Below are positions 61,601 through 64,000 of a stretch of DNA of 64,000 bases, piece after piece (the stretch's first letter is position 1; the number at the start of each line of letters is the position of its first letter). The translations under genes and the position numbers were made by a program. Below the pieces are notes generated by a model. It saw only the letters and a program-made list of their open reading frames with translations, searched no databases and was not told where the DNA came from. The stretch comes from Camelus dromedarius (Eukaryota), in the NCBI RefSeq assembly GCF_036321535.1, contig NC_087436.1:7998001-8062000 (forward strand), read 5' to 3'.

Positions 61601-63482
61601 TTTGGTTTCATTTTTCTCTAGGCAATTTTTAATTTTTCCTTTGATTTCTTCAATGACCATTGGTTGTTCAGTAGCAAGTTGTTTAATCTCCATGTTCTTG
61701 TGTTTTGTTGGTTTCTTTTTTCTTTTTTTTCTTGTGATTGATTCTTATTTCATATCATTGTGGTCAGAGAAGATGCTTGGTGTGACTTCAACTTTTCTTA
61801 ACTTATTGAGACTTGTTTTATGACTTAAGTGCTGATCTAACCTGAGAGAACTGTCCATGTTCATTGAAAAGAGTAATGCTCTCCTGCTTTTGGATGGAAT
61901 GTTCTGTATATATTAAGCCTATTGGGTCTAATGTATTGTGTTGTATTGATCAGCTGTGGCTGGTATAGTGTGCTTCTGGGTGAGGCTGGCCTCAGACTTG
62001 TTGTGATGACTGGCTGTGGCTACTGGGGTGCACTGGACTGCAGGGTTGACCCCAGGATTGGCTGTGGGACCCTTTCATGGCTATTCCAACAAGCTGGTAG
62101 CTGAGGCTGGTCCCTGGACAGCTGCTGGTTCTGGCTTCAGCTGCAGGCACTAGTGGGTGGGGCTGTCTGTTGGGTAGCTGCGAGGCCCTGCCAACACCTG
62201 GGTGAGTGGGGCTTTCAGTAGGGCGCATGCACACCCTGGTGCTAGCAGGATAGAGAACTTCATGATGGCACTCGCCAGTGCTGGTGTTAGCAAGGCAGCC
62301 TGAGATTGCAAAAATAGCTCACATCAGTGTCTCAATCCCCAAGCAGCATCCCGACTGGTTCCTGCTTCTCCAGAAGACAGTTTGTAGACCAGTTCCTAGG
62401 CCCCCTTCATCTACAGTGTGCACACAGTCTTGCCAGCCTGGGGTTTTGGGCTGGTTTCAGGCTGAGTGGCTTTGCATGCAGGACCTTTAGAAGTGCGTTT
62501 TTCATCTCCTGAAGTTCTGACGTTTTCTTAGGCGTCTTCCCCAGTGGTTCCCAGTCAGCTGTTTGGAAAGGCGCATCTCCCCTGCACAGGATTCAGGGCT
62601 TGGGGCACCCGATGTGGAGCTCGAACCCCTCGTTCCTTAGGGAAAATATCTGTGCCACTGTGGTCCCTCCCAAGTGTGAACTGCCACAGTTGGGGTTTGG
62701 TTTTTATCTGCCAGATCACATCTCTGCCTTTCCTGACCATTTCGATGCTGCACTTTTAACCTGTGTTGTGCAGACTCTGTGATTCAGTTTTCAAGTCCCC
62801 TTCTGAGGAAGTAATTCCAGATGGAGATTTAGAGTTTGTTGTGTGATAGAGATTTGGAATTTGTTGTGTCTACGGGGGGACATGAGGGCAGAATCTTCCA
62901 GCACTGCCATCTTGAACCCTTAAGAGTTCAGAAGACTTTTTAGATAAAGGACCAGATGATACTTTATCTACTTTATGTACATTTATTTTACATATTGAGT
63001 TTAATTTGTATATTTGTGTATATATTTAATTTATGTTTTTCCAAATCATTAGTATTGTAATTTCGTCAGTGGGTATTACAAGAGTAGGATTAGGCAATGT
63101 AGAATATACGGGAAATAGAGTTAACATCATGTATTTGAGTTTCTCCTGGCAAATATATTCATATTTTTGTCTTGCAAATTTTAATAGCCATGTGTTTACA
63201 TACATACTCCTGTTAATAGCAGAATCAGCATTAAGCTAGTCTCTCCTAGAGAATACAAATATATAAGATAAATAATTATAAATATTAGAAGCATATTTAT
63301 TGTATGTTAGGCTTTACAAGCCATACGGGGTCTGTTGCAACCGCTCAGCTCTGTCACTGTAATGGGAAAGCAGATCTAGACAGTGATGACCAAGTGGGTG
63401 TGACTGTGTTCCCATCAAACTATTTACAGAGACAGGTGGTGGGGACAGGATTTTGCCCACAGCCTGTGGTTTGTCACCCCTG
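58699..63482 (+). mobile_element. MER58A-like hAT (Charlie) DNA transposon in three pieces: 58699-58712, 62936-62961, 63304-63482
   Basis: GGATTGGCAAAC / CTTTTTAGATAAAGGACCAGAT / TTAGGCTTTACAAGCCATACGG...GTTTGTCACCCCTG; 8-bp target-like flanks GTCTAAAT and GTCTAGGT. Confidence 0.75.
58716..62914 (-). mobile_element. Internally deleted L1 with 5'UTR, most of ORF2 (degenerate) and 3' end
   Basis: Minus ORF 59271-59558 is the L1 ORF2 C-terminus (FSKEDIQM..IIREMQVKTT.RYHL..HCWWECELVQPVWKTVWRFL); 60043-60234 ([19 protein letters not shown]) and 60859-61056 ([23 protein letters not shown]) are also ORF2; 5' end CAAGATGGCAG; possible TSD AACCCTT. Confidence 0.92.
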
Positions 63483-64000
63483 GTCTAGGTGGACACAAAA
63501 GAAAAGTGTTCAGTTTAAATAGTTAAACTGAGTCTGCCGTGTGACTTTGGATGGCAAGAAAAACACTTACAAGATCCAACTTATTTAATGTAGTTATGTG
63601 GACAACTGCTGTATTTCAATTGACCTCTAGTACCACAAAGGAGAGTTAAATGCATTGGGAGACCGTGCTTCTCAAAGGCCTTTAGTGTTAACTCAGCACA
63701 ACTGAAGGTCTTTGAAGGAAGGTTTCACAGTCACAGCCATTCTTTTGGTCTTTATTTGCATAATATTTGCCCTCAGTCTTATAGAGGTTAGATTTTTCAA
63801 ACACTGTGCAATAAGGATTATTGTTTCCAGAAAGGATTTTTAAAATCCCTTCCAATAAAATTTCAATGATAAAAACCATTCCATCAGATAATGTACTTGG
63901 GCATAAAAGAAAAAAAAAAGTGGAAAAGGAACAATTATCTGCGACCTTGCTCTGTATTATTCTAGTTCAGAAAAATAGTTTCTGAAATGCTTAGAGACTT

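Noticed and set aside
1..64000. Short ORFs in the six-frame track as host genes
   Set aside because: All are 138 aa or shorter, many use alternative starts, and most lie in repeats or microsatellites. The only recognisable peptides are L1 ORF2 and ERV remnants.
1..64000. CRISPR arrays, operons or other prokaryotic systems
   Set aside because: The sequence is mammalian (L1, L2, MIR, ERV); I saw no regularly spaced repeat-spacer array.

Overview
AT-rich, CpG-depleted mammalian genomic DNA, most likely camelid: it carries two tRNA-derived SINEs of the GGGGAGGGTATAGCTCAAG type and several lineage-type L1 3' ends. I found no credible host protein-coding exon, so it reads as gene desert or a large intron. 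Much of the window is interspersed repeat: L1 of several ages, L2, MIR, MaLR (MLT1) LTRs, several ERV1 solo LTRs, a hAT MER58A-like element and two ERV1-class proviral loci. The first locus (1830-6327, minus) is a mosaic of three LTR types with degenerate protease, integrase C-terminus and two separate env remnants. The second (26418-31831, plus) is a two-LTR non-autonomous provirus with an Arg-tRNA PBS, a gag-matrix remnant and a PPT. Both carry an internal PPT-region plus U3 fragment of another LTR family, which suggests LTR replacement by recombination. Other points of note: a 4.2-kb L1 that keeps both ends but lacks ORF1 and is nested in MER58A, ~233-bp monomers in an old L1 5'UTR, two perfect 14-bp hairpins, and repeat-free islands that may be conserved enhancers. 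I did not find a convincing new biological system. Repeat family names come from recalled consensus motifs, not from a database search, and many boundaries are approximate.
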